Virus record (IMG/VR): IMGVR_UViG_3300038675_000275
Coordinates: 1 to 37,818 of that record
Length of the DNA stretch: 37,818 bases
Strand: one strand, 5' to 3'
Origin: a virus
Taxonomy: Duplodnaviria; Caudoviricetes
Below, one piece after another: positions 1-9,800 of the stretch. Both the position numbers and the translations under genes were made by a program. How positions within the stretch are numbered: position 1 is the first letter of the stretch; the number at the start of each line of letters is the position of its first letter. A model generated the notes under the pieces. The model was not told the origin of the DNA. It did not search any database and worked only from the letters and a program-made list of their open reading frames with translations.

Positions 1-2
1 AC

Positions 3-839
3 GGTGATGAACTTACCATTTTTGCTAACCATTTATTTGAAAATAAGCAAATTGTTGATATGGCATATTCAAAAGAGCCTTACCGTATTTTATGGTGCGT
101 TATGTCTGACGGTACGGTTAATGCCTTGACTTATAACAAAAAACAAGAAGTGTCAGGCTGGCACAGACACGAAACAGACGGCGAATTTGAAAGCGTAGCA
201 ATAGTAAGAGAAGGTTTTGAAGACGTTGTTTATTTTGTAGTTAAAAGAACTATTAACGGACAAACAAAAAGATTTATTGAACGTATGGCTTCAAGGCTTA
301 TAAATGACGCAACAGACGGCTTCTTTGTAGATTGTGGTTTGAAATATAGCGGCGATCCAATTTCTGTTTTAAGTGGCTTAGAACACTTGGAAGGTGAAGA
401 AGTAGCAATATTGGCAGACGGTGGAGTAATTGAAGGCTTAACGGTTCAAAATGGAGGTTTAACAATCCCTTACGCAGCCTCAAAAATTGCCGTCGGGCTT
501 CCTTATGAATTTGAACTAGAAACATTAAACATAGAGGGCGAGAACACACACGGGCTTAAAAAACTTATAAGCGGCGTGAATATAAAAGTAGATAAAACAA
601 GAGAAGATTTCTTTATAGTCGGACAAGACGGGGCAGAGATCCAAAACCAAAGAAGCCTTGACAGTATAAATGACGCTGGTTATTTATATTCGGGCGATAT
701 TCCAGCTTACCCGTTTGCAGATTATACAGAAGAAGCAAGGGTAAAAATAAAACAAAGATTACCTTTGCCAATTACAGTAACAAGTATTAGTACGGTTGTA
801 ACAGTAGAGGAAGAACAAACAGATGTACAGAGCGAATAA
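3..839 (+). CDS. Tail tubular protein B / nozzle, C-terminal part (continues the ORF starting at 36549)
   Basis: The frame is open from nt 3 (GDELTIFANHLF...), upstream of the Met at 60. Motifs LTYNKKQEVSGWHRHET and GLEHLEGEEVAILADG are typical of gp12-like nozzle proteins. Confidence 0.85.
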   Translation, partial: GDELTIFANHLFENKQIVDMAYSKEPYRILWCVMSDGTVNALTYNKKQEVSGWHRHETDGEFESVAIVREGFEDVVYFVVKRTINGQTKRFIERMASRLINDATDGFFVDCGLKYSGDPISVLSGLEHLEGEEVAILADGGVIEGLTVQNGGLTIPYAASKIAVGLPYEFELETLNIEGENTHGLKKLISGVNIKVDKTREDFFIVGQDGAEIQNQRSLDSINDAGYLYSGDIPAYPFADYTEEARVKIKQRLPLPITVTSISTVVTVEEEQTDVQSE

Positions 840-1311
840 AACTGAAAAAGATGTTTTATACATCTTGGACAATCTACGGATTGAGGATTTAGAGGAATTA
901 AAAGCCTTATGGGGCGAGAACTGGAAAGAACAAACACTAAAAAACATTATGGAAACAGAATTTAGCGTGATGTTAGGCAAGACAAAAGACAAAGACGTTC
1001 CAGTAGTTATGGGTGGAGTTTGGCGAACAGATCCAAACGACGAAGGCGTAGGCTGTATTTGGATGTTAGGTACAGACAATATAGAAAAACATCAGATTTG
1101 TTTGCTAAGAGAATTAAGAAAAGAGATTGAAAAATTCGATCAAGAATATTGGATAACTTACAACATCATTTATAAAGAAAATTTTAAAGCTAAAAATTGG
1201 CTTCAGTGGCTTGGTTTTAAATTTGATAATCCAAAACCTGAAGGAATTGAAGTGCCTGAAGGCTTTGAATTTTTCTATCGTTTAAGACCAGTGAAAGGTT
1301 TAGGGGAATAA
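823..1311 (+). CDS. T7 gp13-like / GNAT-like virion assembly protein
   Basis: Lies directly after the nozzle gene. LRIEDLEEL, IWMLGT and N...WLQWLGFKF patterns fit this family. Confidence 0.6.
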   Translation: MYRANKTEKDVLYILDNLRIEDLEELKALWGENWKEQTLKNIMETEFSVMLGKTKDKDVPVVMGGVWRTDPNDEGVGCIWMLGTDNIEKHQICLLRELRKEIEKFDQEYWITYNIIYKENFKAKNWLQWLGFKFDNPKPEGIEVPEGFEFFYRLRPVKGLGE

Positions 1312-1313
1312 AT

Positions 1314-1844
1314 ATGTGTATCATTACAGGAATAAGCGTATATGCTGCGTTGCAAGAATCAAAAGCACAATCTGCGGCGTATGAATATCAAGCACAAGTA
1401 GCACAACAAAACGCAAAAATAGCAGAAAATAACGCAGCTATGGAGCGTCAAGCAGGGCTGGAAGAAGCAAGACGCACAAGAATAAAATCGTTGCAAGAAA
1501 TCGGACAACAAAAAGTCGGAATGGCGGCAGGTGGGGTTGATGTAGCAACAGGAACGCCACTGGACGCATTAGAAGACACAGCAACAATGGGTGAATTAGA
1601 CGCATTAATGCTTCAGTATGACGCAGAAAAAAGAGCTGTAAATTATGAAATTGAAGCAAAGAATTTCTTAAACCAGTCTAGCTTAGATTTATTTTCAGCA
1701 AGAAATGCAAAAACTGCGGGATATATAAAGGCAACTGAAATAGTAGTAAGAGATATTGCAAATGCGGCTGGTGCTGCTGGTGGTGGATTCGGGAGCAGTA
1801 GCACCAGCTTAGGAACTAGTAGATATAATAGCAATAAACTTTAA
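1314..1844 (+). CDS. Internal virion (ejection) protein, gp14-like
   Basis: MC start, Ala/Gln-rich helices, AAGGVDVATGTPLD motif and synteny. Confidence 0.7.
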   Translation: MCIITGISVYAALQESKAQSAAYEYQAQVAQQNAKIAENNAAMERQAGLEEARRTRIKSLQEIGQQKVGMAAGGVDVATGTPLDALEDTATMGELDALMLQYDAEKRAVNYEIEAKNFLNQSSLDLFSARNAKTAGYIKATEIVVRDIANAAGAAGGGFGSSSTSLGTSRYNSNKL

Positions 1845-1856
1845 TAAGGAGTAAAA

Positions 1857-4001
1857 ATGGTATCAATTCCAATAGCACAAAATAAAGTCGGTGTAAGCCA
1901 TACAGCAATGGGCTATTTTAGTGCCAATGCAAGTCCTGACGCTTTTGGGGCTAGTATTGCACAAGCAACCTTAAATTTAGGTGAAAGTTCAAATTATTTT
2001 ATAAGAAGTATGGCTTTAATGGATCAGCAAATAAAGCGCACTAAGGCACTTGAATTAAGTAATAAAATAGATCAATGGGAAAAAGACAACTTGCTTGATC
2101 CTGAAAATGGTTATTACTCAAAACTTGGCAAAGACGCTATGGGGAAATCGGGCGAATATCTCGAAAAACTTAATGAGTTTATAAATGATGAAGCTACAAA
2201 AGAGGGCTTAACTTGGGGCTATGGAAAGCAAATGGCTGAACTAGTCAAAGCCCGTAAAGTTGACACGATTTATAGAAGCGTTACTGCCCACGAATTAAAG
2301 CAAACTCAACAGTGGGGCTTGGCTACACTTAATGAAGCAGAAAACTACGCTATAACAAAAGGTATTACAAATAGAAACAGTCCTGACGTTATAAACACTG
2401 CTCTTGCAAATGGTAAAGTAACTATTGCAGAAAAAGCGAATTTACTGAATTGGGATGAAGACACAACAAGAATTAACCTTACTAAGTTTACTTCTGACTT
2501 CCATTCAGGGGTATTAAGTGCTTATTTGCAAGACGGAAGCCTTAAAGCTACTGAATATTACGAACAACATAAAAACGAATTATTGCCGGACGCACAGGCA
2601 AGATATTTGGGCGGTGTGAAATCTAATGAGTTGAAATATAAAGCACGTACAAACGCAGAAAACTTGCTTTATTTATCACCTGAAGACGCTTATAAAAGAA
2701 TTGATGAAATCGAAAACATAGACGAGCAAATGGCTACACGTCAAATGTATAACACAAAACTTCAGGAGCAAGACAGAATCAAAGAAATGCACCAAAACGA
2801 AGCTGAAAATTCAAGCTGGCAAAGAGTGCAACAATCTTTAGATATAAACGATATTGACCTTACGGCAAGACCTGAAACAATCAAGGCTCAAATGTCTTAT
2901 ATTGAGCAAATGAAGAAGTTTGGAAGAATAGCAACAGATTACAGCGTGTATATGGAGTTGCAGGATATGTCAACTTATGACGCTGACCGCTTCAAAACGC
3001 TTAATCTTAGTAACTATGCTGCAAGCCTTAGCGAAGATGAATTTAAGGCTTTCAAAGAGCGTCAACGTAAAATAGGCTCAATGGAATATACAATAATTCA
3101 AGACGACAATAAACTTATTGATAATGTACTGAAAGATATTGGACTTCACGGAGGCAATGTATTCAACAAAGGCAAAGAAGAATCTGCTTATAATCAAATC
3201 AGATCTTTAGTTAAAGAGTGGGAAACAAGACACGGAACACAGATAAACGATTCTCAACTTCAAGATATAGTAAAATCATTAGGCTATAAAGATCCAAAAA
3301 CTCAAACATTCACTTATAAAGAGATCGAAAAGGGTATGGCAGAAAAAGCCGGCTTTATAAAAGCTATTACTAATGATATGGCATATTTTGAAAAAGTACA
3401 CAAAAGACCGCCTTCACAAGAAGAACGTTTTAAAATAATATACGGACGTGCAAACGGGCTTATTCAGGATAAAAACAGACAAACGATTGAAAATATAAGC
3501 AATGCTGTTAATTATACGCAGCCTAAAAACGGCGAAACAAAAGAATTGACTTTTTATGCAGATAGATACTTGCCGCAATTAGGAAAAGAAATAGGCGTTA
3601 AGCTTACCGTTGTAAATGGTGGAAGATACAGAGAACCAAACGGCAAATATCACTCTTACCATTCTGAAGGCAAGGCGTGCGATATTTCAATGTCTGAACA
3701 TACTTTAGCAAATAGGTTAAAAATAGTTCAAAACGAATTAGACAACCCACTTGTTAAGGCTATCGGCACTTCTGATCCTCATATTTTGAGAGCATTTAAA
3801 GGCAATAGCAAAATAGTTAATGAATCGGCTTTTGACGCAAAGCACGGAACAGATCACACAAACCATATACACATTACGCTAAACACTAAAAGCAGCCAAA
3901 ATGTGCAAACAGTAAGAATGCAAACACCGTCAGGGCGAATAGTTTTAGTGCCGGCAAATATGGTAAATCAAGCGATTAAAAATGGCGGGAAAAGGATATA
4001 A
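1857..4001 (+). CDS. Internal virion (ejection) protein with a C-terminal M15/LAS-like Zn peptidase domain
   Basis: 714 aa, mostly helical, in the ejection cluster. SYHSEGKACDI (Hx6D) and HTNHIHI (HxH) motifs lie near the C-terminus. Confidence 0.7.
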   Translation: MVSIPIAQNKVGVSHTAMGYFSANASPDAFGASIAQATLNLGESSNYFIRSMALMDQQIKRTKALELSNKIDQWEKDNLLDPENGYYSKLGKDAMGKSGEYLEKLNEFINDEATKEGLTWGYGKQMAELVKARKVDTIYRSVTAHELKQTQQWGLATLNEAENYAITKGITNRNSPDVINTALANGKVTIAEKANLLNWDEDTTRINLTKFTSDFHSGVLSAYLQDGSLKATEYYEQHKNELLPDAQARYLGGVKSNELKYKARTNAENLLYLSPEDAYKRIDEIENIDEQMATRQMYNTKLQEQDRIKEMHQNEAENSSWQRVQQSLDINDIDLTARPETIKAQMSYIEQMKKFGRIATDYSVYMELQDMSTYDADRFKTLNLSNYAASLSEDEFKAFKERQRKIGSMEYTIIQDDNKLIDNVLKDIGLHGGNVFNKGKEESAYNQIRSLVKEWETRHGTQINDSQLQDIVKSLGYKDPKTQTFTYKEIEKGMAEKAGFIKAITNDMAYFEKVHKRPPSQEERFKIIYGRANGLIQDKNRQTIENISNAVNYTQPKNGETKELTFYADRYLPQLGKEIGVKLTVVNGGRYREPNGKYHSYHSEGKACDISMSEHTLANRLKIVQNELDNPLVKAIGTSDPHILRAFKGNSKIVNESAFDAKHGTDHTNHIHITLNTKSSQNVQTVRMQTPSGRIVLVPANMVNQAIKNGGKRI

Positions 4002-4004
4002 AAA

Positions 4005-7000
4005 ATGGTAGTACAAAGCGAAGAATTTTGGAATCAATTTGAACCGGAGCAATCAGAAAAGACACCAAACAAGACTGATAGCTTTTGGGGGCAATTTGAG
4101 GAAGAAAAACCAAAATATACACCAGTAGCGGGCGATAAAGGTTGGACTATTTCTGCTTATAAGCCGCCTTCTATGCTTGATAGATTGAAACAAACGCTTC
4201 AATGGGTGGTAGATACTCCGAGATTGGCGTACACGGAAGGCAAACAAAACGTAGATCTTGCGGTATTAGAAACAAAAGAAATGTTCGGAGGGCTTACGCC
4301 TGAAGAAAAACAACATCTTAATGACTTGAACGAGTACGAAGCAAAAAACTTCGGCATACAAGAATCACAATACGCCGATAAAAATATAACAAATTTAGGC
4401 GAAAGAGCATCAAACTTCTTTAAAAAAGGTTATGTCGAAGCATTTAGAATGCTGCCTATGACCGTTGAAACTCTTAAGTCAGGTGGTTTTGGTTATGCTG
4501 CTGGCTCTTTGATCGGTGCTGGTGGTGCTATTGTTGCAGGACAATTAGGACCGCAAGCGGCAACACCTGAAGAAGTTGCAACCGTTCCTACTATGGCTGT
4601 TGCTGGTGCTAAAATTGGCGGCGGCTGGGGTGGTCGTATTGGTGCAGCTAAAAAGGTTTTTGAATTAGAAGCAGGGTTTGCAAGAAGCGAGCTAAAACAG
4701 ATTGTGGATGAAGAAGGAAAGCCCCTTGATCCAGTAGCTTTAAATGGCTTGTCTGTTGGAGTTGGCGGGATTAATGCTGTCTTGGAATTAACAGGCTTAA
4801 GCCTTATGTTAAAAACCGTTCCAGGAGGCGATAAAATACTAAGTAAAATTTCTGGCGTAAAAGATCTAGCAAGCAATCCTACTGTAAGACAAGCACTTAT
4901 GGACGTTGCCGTAAAATACGGTAAAGGTGTTGCCGGTGAAACCTCAACGGAAATGGCACAAGAGTTTACAAATATTGTAGCTGGTGAAATTGCAAGAAAA
5001 ATGAAAGGCGTAAACAGTACGCCTATGGAAAAGAACGTAGCAAGAATTTTAGAAACAGGCGTAAGCACTATGGGTGCTATGCTTTATACTGGTGGCGTAG
5101 GAAGTACCGCACAAACAGTAAATATACTTGTTAAAGACGGTAAAAGCAAGGCTGAAGCAGCTAAAATAGCAAGCAATATGACACTTGATGAAAAGGCAGA
5201 ATTTGTGCAAGAAAACTTCGAAAAACTTGTGCCTGATTCTCAAAATGTCAATTTTGCAGAAGAAGAGAAAACGTTACGTGGTGGAGTAACTTATAATAGA
5301 ATAAAGACAGAACTTGAAAGACAGGGAGCGAGCGAAGAATACGCCGACAAGTCGGCAATTTTAATGCAGCAAGCACATAATGTCATAGCTGATAAATTCG
5401 GCGAAGAAGGCAGGGAGCATTTAGAAAAATCAAATATTCAAGTGCTTATGAACTCAAACAATCAAGATCAGGCTATCAGAGAAAAACAATTTGTAGATAC
5501 TGAATTAAAAAATAGAGATCTTCAAGAATTTAGCCCTTCAGAACTTCAGACAGACGCAAAAACATTCCAATACAAGGAAAATTCAGACGAGCAAGGCGTA
5601 ACAGAACGCTTGCAGGGCGTAGATGAATTTGATCCTTTATTTGCTGGCGAAGTTATCGTTTACGAAAACAAAGAAGGCGAAAAATTCATAGTTGACGGAC
5701 ACCAACGCTTAGGACTTGCAAAAAGGCTTGAAGACGACAATATAAAATTAAAAGGTTACTTGTTTAAAGAATCAGAAGGCTACACGCCTGAACAAGTAAG
5801 GGTTTTGGCTGCTCAAAAAAATATCGCTGAAGGTTCAGGAACAGCAATAGACACAGCAAAAATCATAAAAGAAATCGGATTTAATAAGTTACCAAAATCA
5901 TTGCCTACTAATTCAGCTATGGTTAAAGACGGTATAGCACTTGCAAGACTTGGCGGCAACGCTTTTCAAAAGGTTGTTAATGGTGATATTACACCGGCAC
6001 AAGGTGCAAGAATTGCTGACGCAATAAGAACAGATGAATTAAAGCAGGAATTAGCAATAGACGCAGTAAGAACGGCGAAACCTGAAAACTTAGAACAAGT
6101 TTATATGCTTGCTCGTGAAGTTGCTATGGCTGATACTACACAATCAGAGCAAGTAAACTTATTCGGAACGCAGCAGCTATTTGAAAGCACAGCACTTGAA
6201 AAAATACAGATTGTTGATAAGGCTATTAAGTCATTAAAAGCCGACAAGAAAATATTTAACGGTCTTATAAGAAATAGCAGCAAAATCCAATCAAAAGGCA
6301 AAAATAAACTTGATAAATCTACTAACGAAGAAATAAGACAACAAGCAGCAGTAGCAATAGAATTAATCGAAAAATTAGCCACTATGAAGGGCAAAATTTC
6401 TGATAAGGCTATTGAACTTGCTTTAAAACTTAAGTCTGAAGAAATAAATATGAATGAAGCAGTAATGCAATTCAGAGAGTTTGTAACTTCAAAAGAAGTT
6501 ATAAACGATATTTACGGGCGTTCTAAAAAAGAAGTAGCTTATAACCAAGACATTATACAAAAAGCCTTAGAAGGTCTTGAAGAAGATTCAAAAGTAGCTG
6601 TAAACAAAGAAAAAGCAGAGCAACATAAAAAGTCAACCCGCCAAAAATATAACGAGGAATACGGCGGGGCGTTTCAAGCTGCTTTATTTAATGTGGAATC
6701 CTTTAAAGACGGTCAAACGACTTTGTTTGATCCATTAGAATTTTACCAAAAAGGACTTTATCAAAGCGAATCACAAGGAGGCAGAATAAGCCCAAAAGAA
6801 AAAGCTATACTTGATAATTTTATAAAAGACAATAAAACAACCTTAATGAATGCAAAAGAAAACAGTAAAATTTTTGGGGTAGAAGATAATTCAGTAGAAC
6901 TTGCAGAAAAAATAGACCTTTTAGAAAAAATCAAAAAAGGTACGCTGCAAGAGAGCGAATACGAAAAAGCTACAAAACTTATGGAAGATTTAGAAAAGTC

Positions 7001-9788
7001 AAGCTATACAGAGATAGCCGACATTATTAAAAAAGCCGTAAACATTAAAGAACAGCAGCAAAAATCAGAAGTTGCAAGCAACACTAAACAAAAACGAGGA
7101 CAATTCAGAATAGATCAGGACGGAACAGCCATAATAGATATTCTTGAAAACGGCGACGCTTCAACACTTGTACACGAACTAGGGCATTTTTACTTGTATT
7201 CGCTTGAAACATTATCAACACAAAACAATCGTGCCGCAAAAGAACTATCAGAAATTAATAAATGGCTTGGAAGGGCTGACAATCAAGAATACACACAAGA
7301 AGAAATGACAGAATTTCACGAGAAATTCGCTCGTGGCTTTGAGGCGTATTTATTGAATGGTGAAGCACCTACAATCAAAATGAAATCAGCTTTTGAAAAC
7401 TTCAAAGACTGGTTACGCAAAGTTTATGATTCTGTACGTGATTTAGATGTAGAATTTTCAGAAGATACAAAAATGCTTTTTGATAGAGTGTTTACGACTG
7501 ATGAAGAATACGAAAAAGAAGTATTGCCAAAATATACCTACAATTACGAAACTATATTGCAGATTGAAAAGGCAAGAAAAAATCCTGCTTATCAGTTGAG
7601 AGAAAAACTTTATAATACTGGAAAATTCTTAAGCGATTGGTACGACAAACTTGTTATACCTATTGAAACAAGGTTGGGCAAATTCTCGCCTGAATTAAGA
7701 GAAAAATTAAGAAATCATACTGCTGATTTAGCATTAATAACCGGCAAAGATTATGAGGCTGCAACAGATCTATTTAAAGCTACTCAAAAAATGAAAAAAG
7801 AGAGCAGAAAAGATTATGAAACTTTTGATCTTGCACTTAAAAACAGGGATGATATAACAGTTAAACTCCTTGCTAATAAGTATGGTTTTAGTGCGGAATT
7901 TGAAGCGGTCAGAGATATTTTAGACGATATTTATTCACAAGCACTTGAAGTGGGCATAGATGTTGGCTATTTAGAGCATTATTTCCCACGCTTGGTTAAA
8001 TACGATATGACGGATAAATTCTTAGAGTATATTGATATGCTCGCATTAAAAGAAGAAATCGACATAAAAAATCAAGTGTTAAAACTTGAAGACGCTAAAA
8101 TAAGCCGTATTTTAAAAGATATTACTTCAGCGGATAACAGCCAGTTTTGGTCGCCTGAAGACAGAGCAAAGTTTATAAACAATAAAATTAGAGGCTTTGG
8201 CAAAAACAATATTCTTCTTGGAAGAAATGCAAGTTTAAAATATGGAAGGATGATCGACGAATTAGACGGGAATTTTAACCAATTCTACGAATCTTTCGAA
8301 ACAGCCTTGATAGGTTATATGGGTGGTTCAAGACGTGTAATTGAAGCAAGAAAGTTCTTCGGCAGTGAAAACGCAGAAGTCGGAAAATTGAGAGCTACAA
8401 TAAAACGTAAAAGAAAAACATTGGCAGAAGTGAACGACAGGACGCCTTCACAAGCTAAATGGAAGGAAATTAACCGCCTTAAATACGAATTATCACCTAT
8501 TGAAATCAAAATAGAAAGTTTTGAAAAGCAAGAAAAAAGAACTCTTGAACAAGAGGAAATCTTAATACAACTAAAAAACAAAAAAGATCGCTTGCAGCAG
8601 CAAATAGACTGGGTAGAAGAAGCAAGCCCATTCCAAGTTAAAGGCGTAGTTGCAAAAAGATTGGCTGCGGAAATCCAAGAAAACTCTAAGAAAATTGCCG
8701 ACATTCTAGGGGATGAAGACAACGTAGAAGACAGCATAGGGGCTTTGATAACCTCTTTATCTACCAATAGAGATATACACGCAAAAGACGAAAAAGTCAT
8801 AAGAGAGTTGCTTTTGGCTCGTTTCAATGCAAGTAAAATAGCAGATCCGGTAAGAATTACAAGGGATATGACTTATATTGCTACACTGAATGACATCACA
8901 AATGCTATTACTCAATTTGGCGATTTAGCTTTTTCGGTTTATAAGTACGGATTTTCTACCACAGCTAAGGGCATAAGCAAGCCGTTTGAGATTAAAAAAG
9001 AGGACTTGGGCTTAAATGATATGGCGTATGAATTTTCAAACCCTTCTCGCCTTTCTAAATGGCTTAAAAAACAATTTGAACTCATAGGCTTGTCAGCTAT
9101 TGACGGATTCGGAAAAAATACCATAATTCAGTCAGCTTTGCTAAATGCTCAAAAAATGGCTAAAAAGAATAATGTTCAATTTGATGAAAAATTAAAAAGT
9201 ATCTTTGGCGAAAAAGCAGAAGATGTCAAAAAAGATTTAATAAGCGGTGAAGTAACAGACGATACGATTATATTTGCTTATCACGAGTTATCAGATATTC
9301 AGCCAATTTCTGAAGATCAAATGCCTGAATTGTACCAAAATGGCGGCGGTTTTATGCGATTATTCTACACGCTTAAAACTTACGGCATAAAGGCTTTAGA
9401 TATAGCAAGAAATGACATTACGGACAAAATACATCAAGGAGTAAAAACCAAAAATAAGAAACTTGTAAAAGAAGGCTTAAAAAATCTTATAAGACTACAA
9501 ATGCTTTTATGGCTTTTTGGAGTGCCTATTGACGCTTTAAGAGATCTTTTGGCAAACCGTGATATAAACTTGCTTGAAAGTTTTGTAGATACATTGATTC
9601 CTGCATTTTTGGTTAATAGATATTTATTCAGAACGGCTGATAAAGAAGGGGTAGGAAGTGCGATAACAGGCTTCTTCACTCCTGCAATAGTCAATGTAAT
9701 AGAAAACACAGGCAAAAGTTATAGCGTAACAAATATACCGTTTATCGGAAAACCTTTGTATAACTGGGGTATTAAAGAGAAAAAATAA
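4005..9788 (+). CDS. Large internal virion / DNA-ejection polyvalent protein (ParB-like and zincin-like domains)
   Basis: 1927 aa, last gene of the ejection cluster. Gly/Ala-rich hydrophobic N-terminal region, FIVDGHQRL motif, and TLVHELGH...HEKFARGFEAYL motif. Confidence 0.75.
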   Translation: MVVQSEEFWNQFEPEQSEKTPNKTDSFWGQFEEEKPKYTPVAGDKGWTISAYKPPSMLDRLKQTLQWVVDTPRLAYTEGKQNVDLAVLETKEMFGGLTPEEKQHLNDLNEYEAKNFGIQESQYADKNITNLGERASNFFKKGYVEAFRMLPMTVETLKSGGFGYAAGSLIGAGGAIVAGQLGPQAATPEEVATVPTMAVAGAKIGGGWGGRIGAAKKVFELEAGFARSELKQIVDEEGKPLDPVALNGLSVGVGGINAVLELTGLSLMLKTVPGGDKILSKISGVKDLASNPTVRQALMDVAVKYGKGVAGETSTEMAQEFTNIVAGEIARKMKGVNSTPMEKNVARILETGVSTMGAMLYTGGVGSTAQTVNILVKDGKSKAEAAKIASNMTLDEKAEFVQENFEKLVPDSQNVNFAEEEKTLRGGVTYNRIKTELERQGASEEYADKSAILMQQAHNVIADKFGEEGREHLEKSNIQVLMNSNNQDQAIREKQFVDTELKNRDLQEFSPSELQTDAKTFQYKENSDEQGVTERLQGVDEFDPLFAGEVIVYENKEGEKFIVDGHQRLGLAKRLEDDNIKLKGYLFKESEGYTPEQVRVLAAQKNIAEGSGTAIDTAKIIKEIGFNKLPKSLPTNSAMVKDGIALARLGGNAFQKVVNGDITPAQGARIADAIRTDELKQELAIDAVRTAKPENLEQVYMLAREVAMADTTQSEQVNLFGTQQLFESTALEKIQIVDKAIKSLKADKKIFNGLIRNSSKIQSKGKNKLDKSTNEEIRQQAAVAIELIEKLATMKGKISDKAIELALKLKSEEINMNEAVMQFREFVTSKEVINDIYGRSKKEVAYNQDIIQKALEGLEEDSKVAVNKEKAEQHKKSTRQKYNEEYGGAFQAALFNVESFKDGQTTLFDPLEFYQKGLYQSESQGGRISPKEKAILDNFIKDNKTTLMNAKENSKIFGVEDNSVELAEKIDLLEKIKKGTLQESEYEKATKLMEDLEKSSYTEIADIIKKAVNIKEQQQKSEVASNTKQKRGQFRIDQDGTAIIDILENGDASTLVHELGHFYLYSLETLSTQNNRAAKELSEINKWLGRADNQEYTQEEMTEFHEKFARGFEAYLLNGEAPTIKMKSAFENFKDWLRKVYDSVRDLDVEFSEDTKMLFDRVFTTDEEYEKEVLPKYTYNYETILQIEKARKNPAYQLREKLYNTGKFLSDWYDKLVIPIETRLGKFSPELREKLRNHTADLALITGKDYEAATDLFKATQKMKKESRKDYETFDLALKNRDDITVKLLANKYGFSAEFEAVRDILDDIYSQALEVGIDVGYLEHYFPRLVKYDMTDKFLEYIDMLALKEEIDIKNQVLKLEDAKISRILKDITSADNSQFWSPEDRAKFINNKIRGFGKNNILLGRNASLKYGRMIDELDGNFNQFYESFETALIGYMGGSRRVIEARKFFGSENAEVGKLRATIKRKRKTLAEVNDRTPSQAKWKEINRLKYELSPIEIKIESFEKQEKRTLEQEEILIQLKNKKDRLQQQIDWVEEASPFQVKGVVAKRLAAEIQENSKKIADILGDEDNVEDSIGALITSLSTNRDIHAKDEKVIRELLLARFNASKIADPVRITRDMTYIATLNDITNAITQFGDLAFSVYKYGFSTTAKGISKPFEIKKEDLGLNDMAYEFSNPSRLSKWLKKQFELIGLSAIDGFGKNTIIQSALLNAQKMAKKNNVQFDEKLKSIFGEKAEDVKKDLISGEVTDDTIIFAYHELSDIQPISEDQMPELYQNGGGFMRLFYTLKTYGIKALDIARNDITDKIHQGVKTKNKKLVKEGLKNLIRLQMLLWLFGVPIDALRDLLANRDINLLESFVDTLIPAFLVNRYLFRTADKEGVGSAITGFFTPAIVNVIENTGKSYSVTNIPFIGKPLYNWGIKEKK

Positions 9789-9800
9789 GGAGTATAGGAA

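Noticed and set aside
4493-9715. Antisense ORFs within the large virion gene (e.g. 4493-5068, 8315-8827)
   Set aside because: Shadow frames of a long coding strand, with no recognisable motifs.
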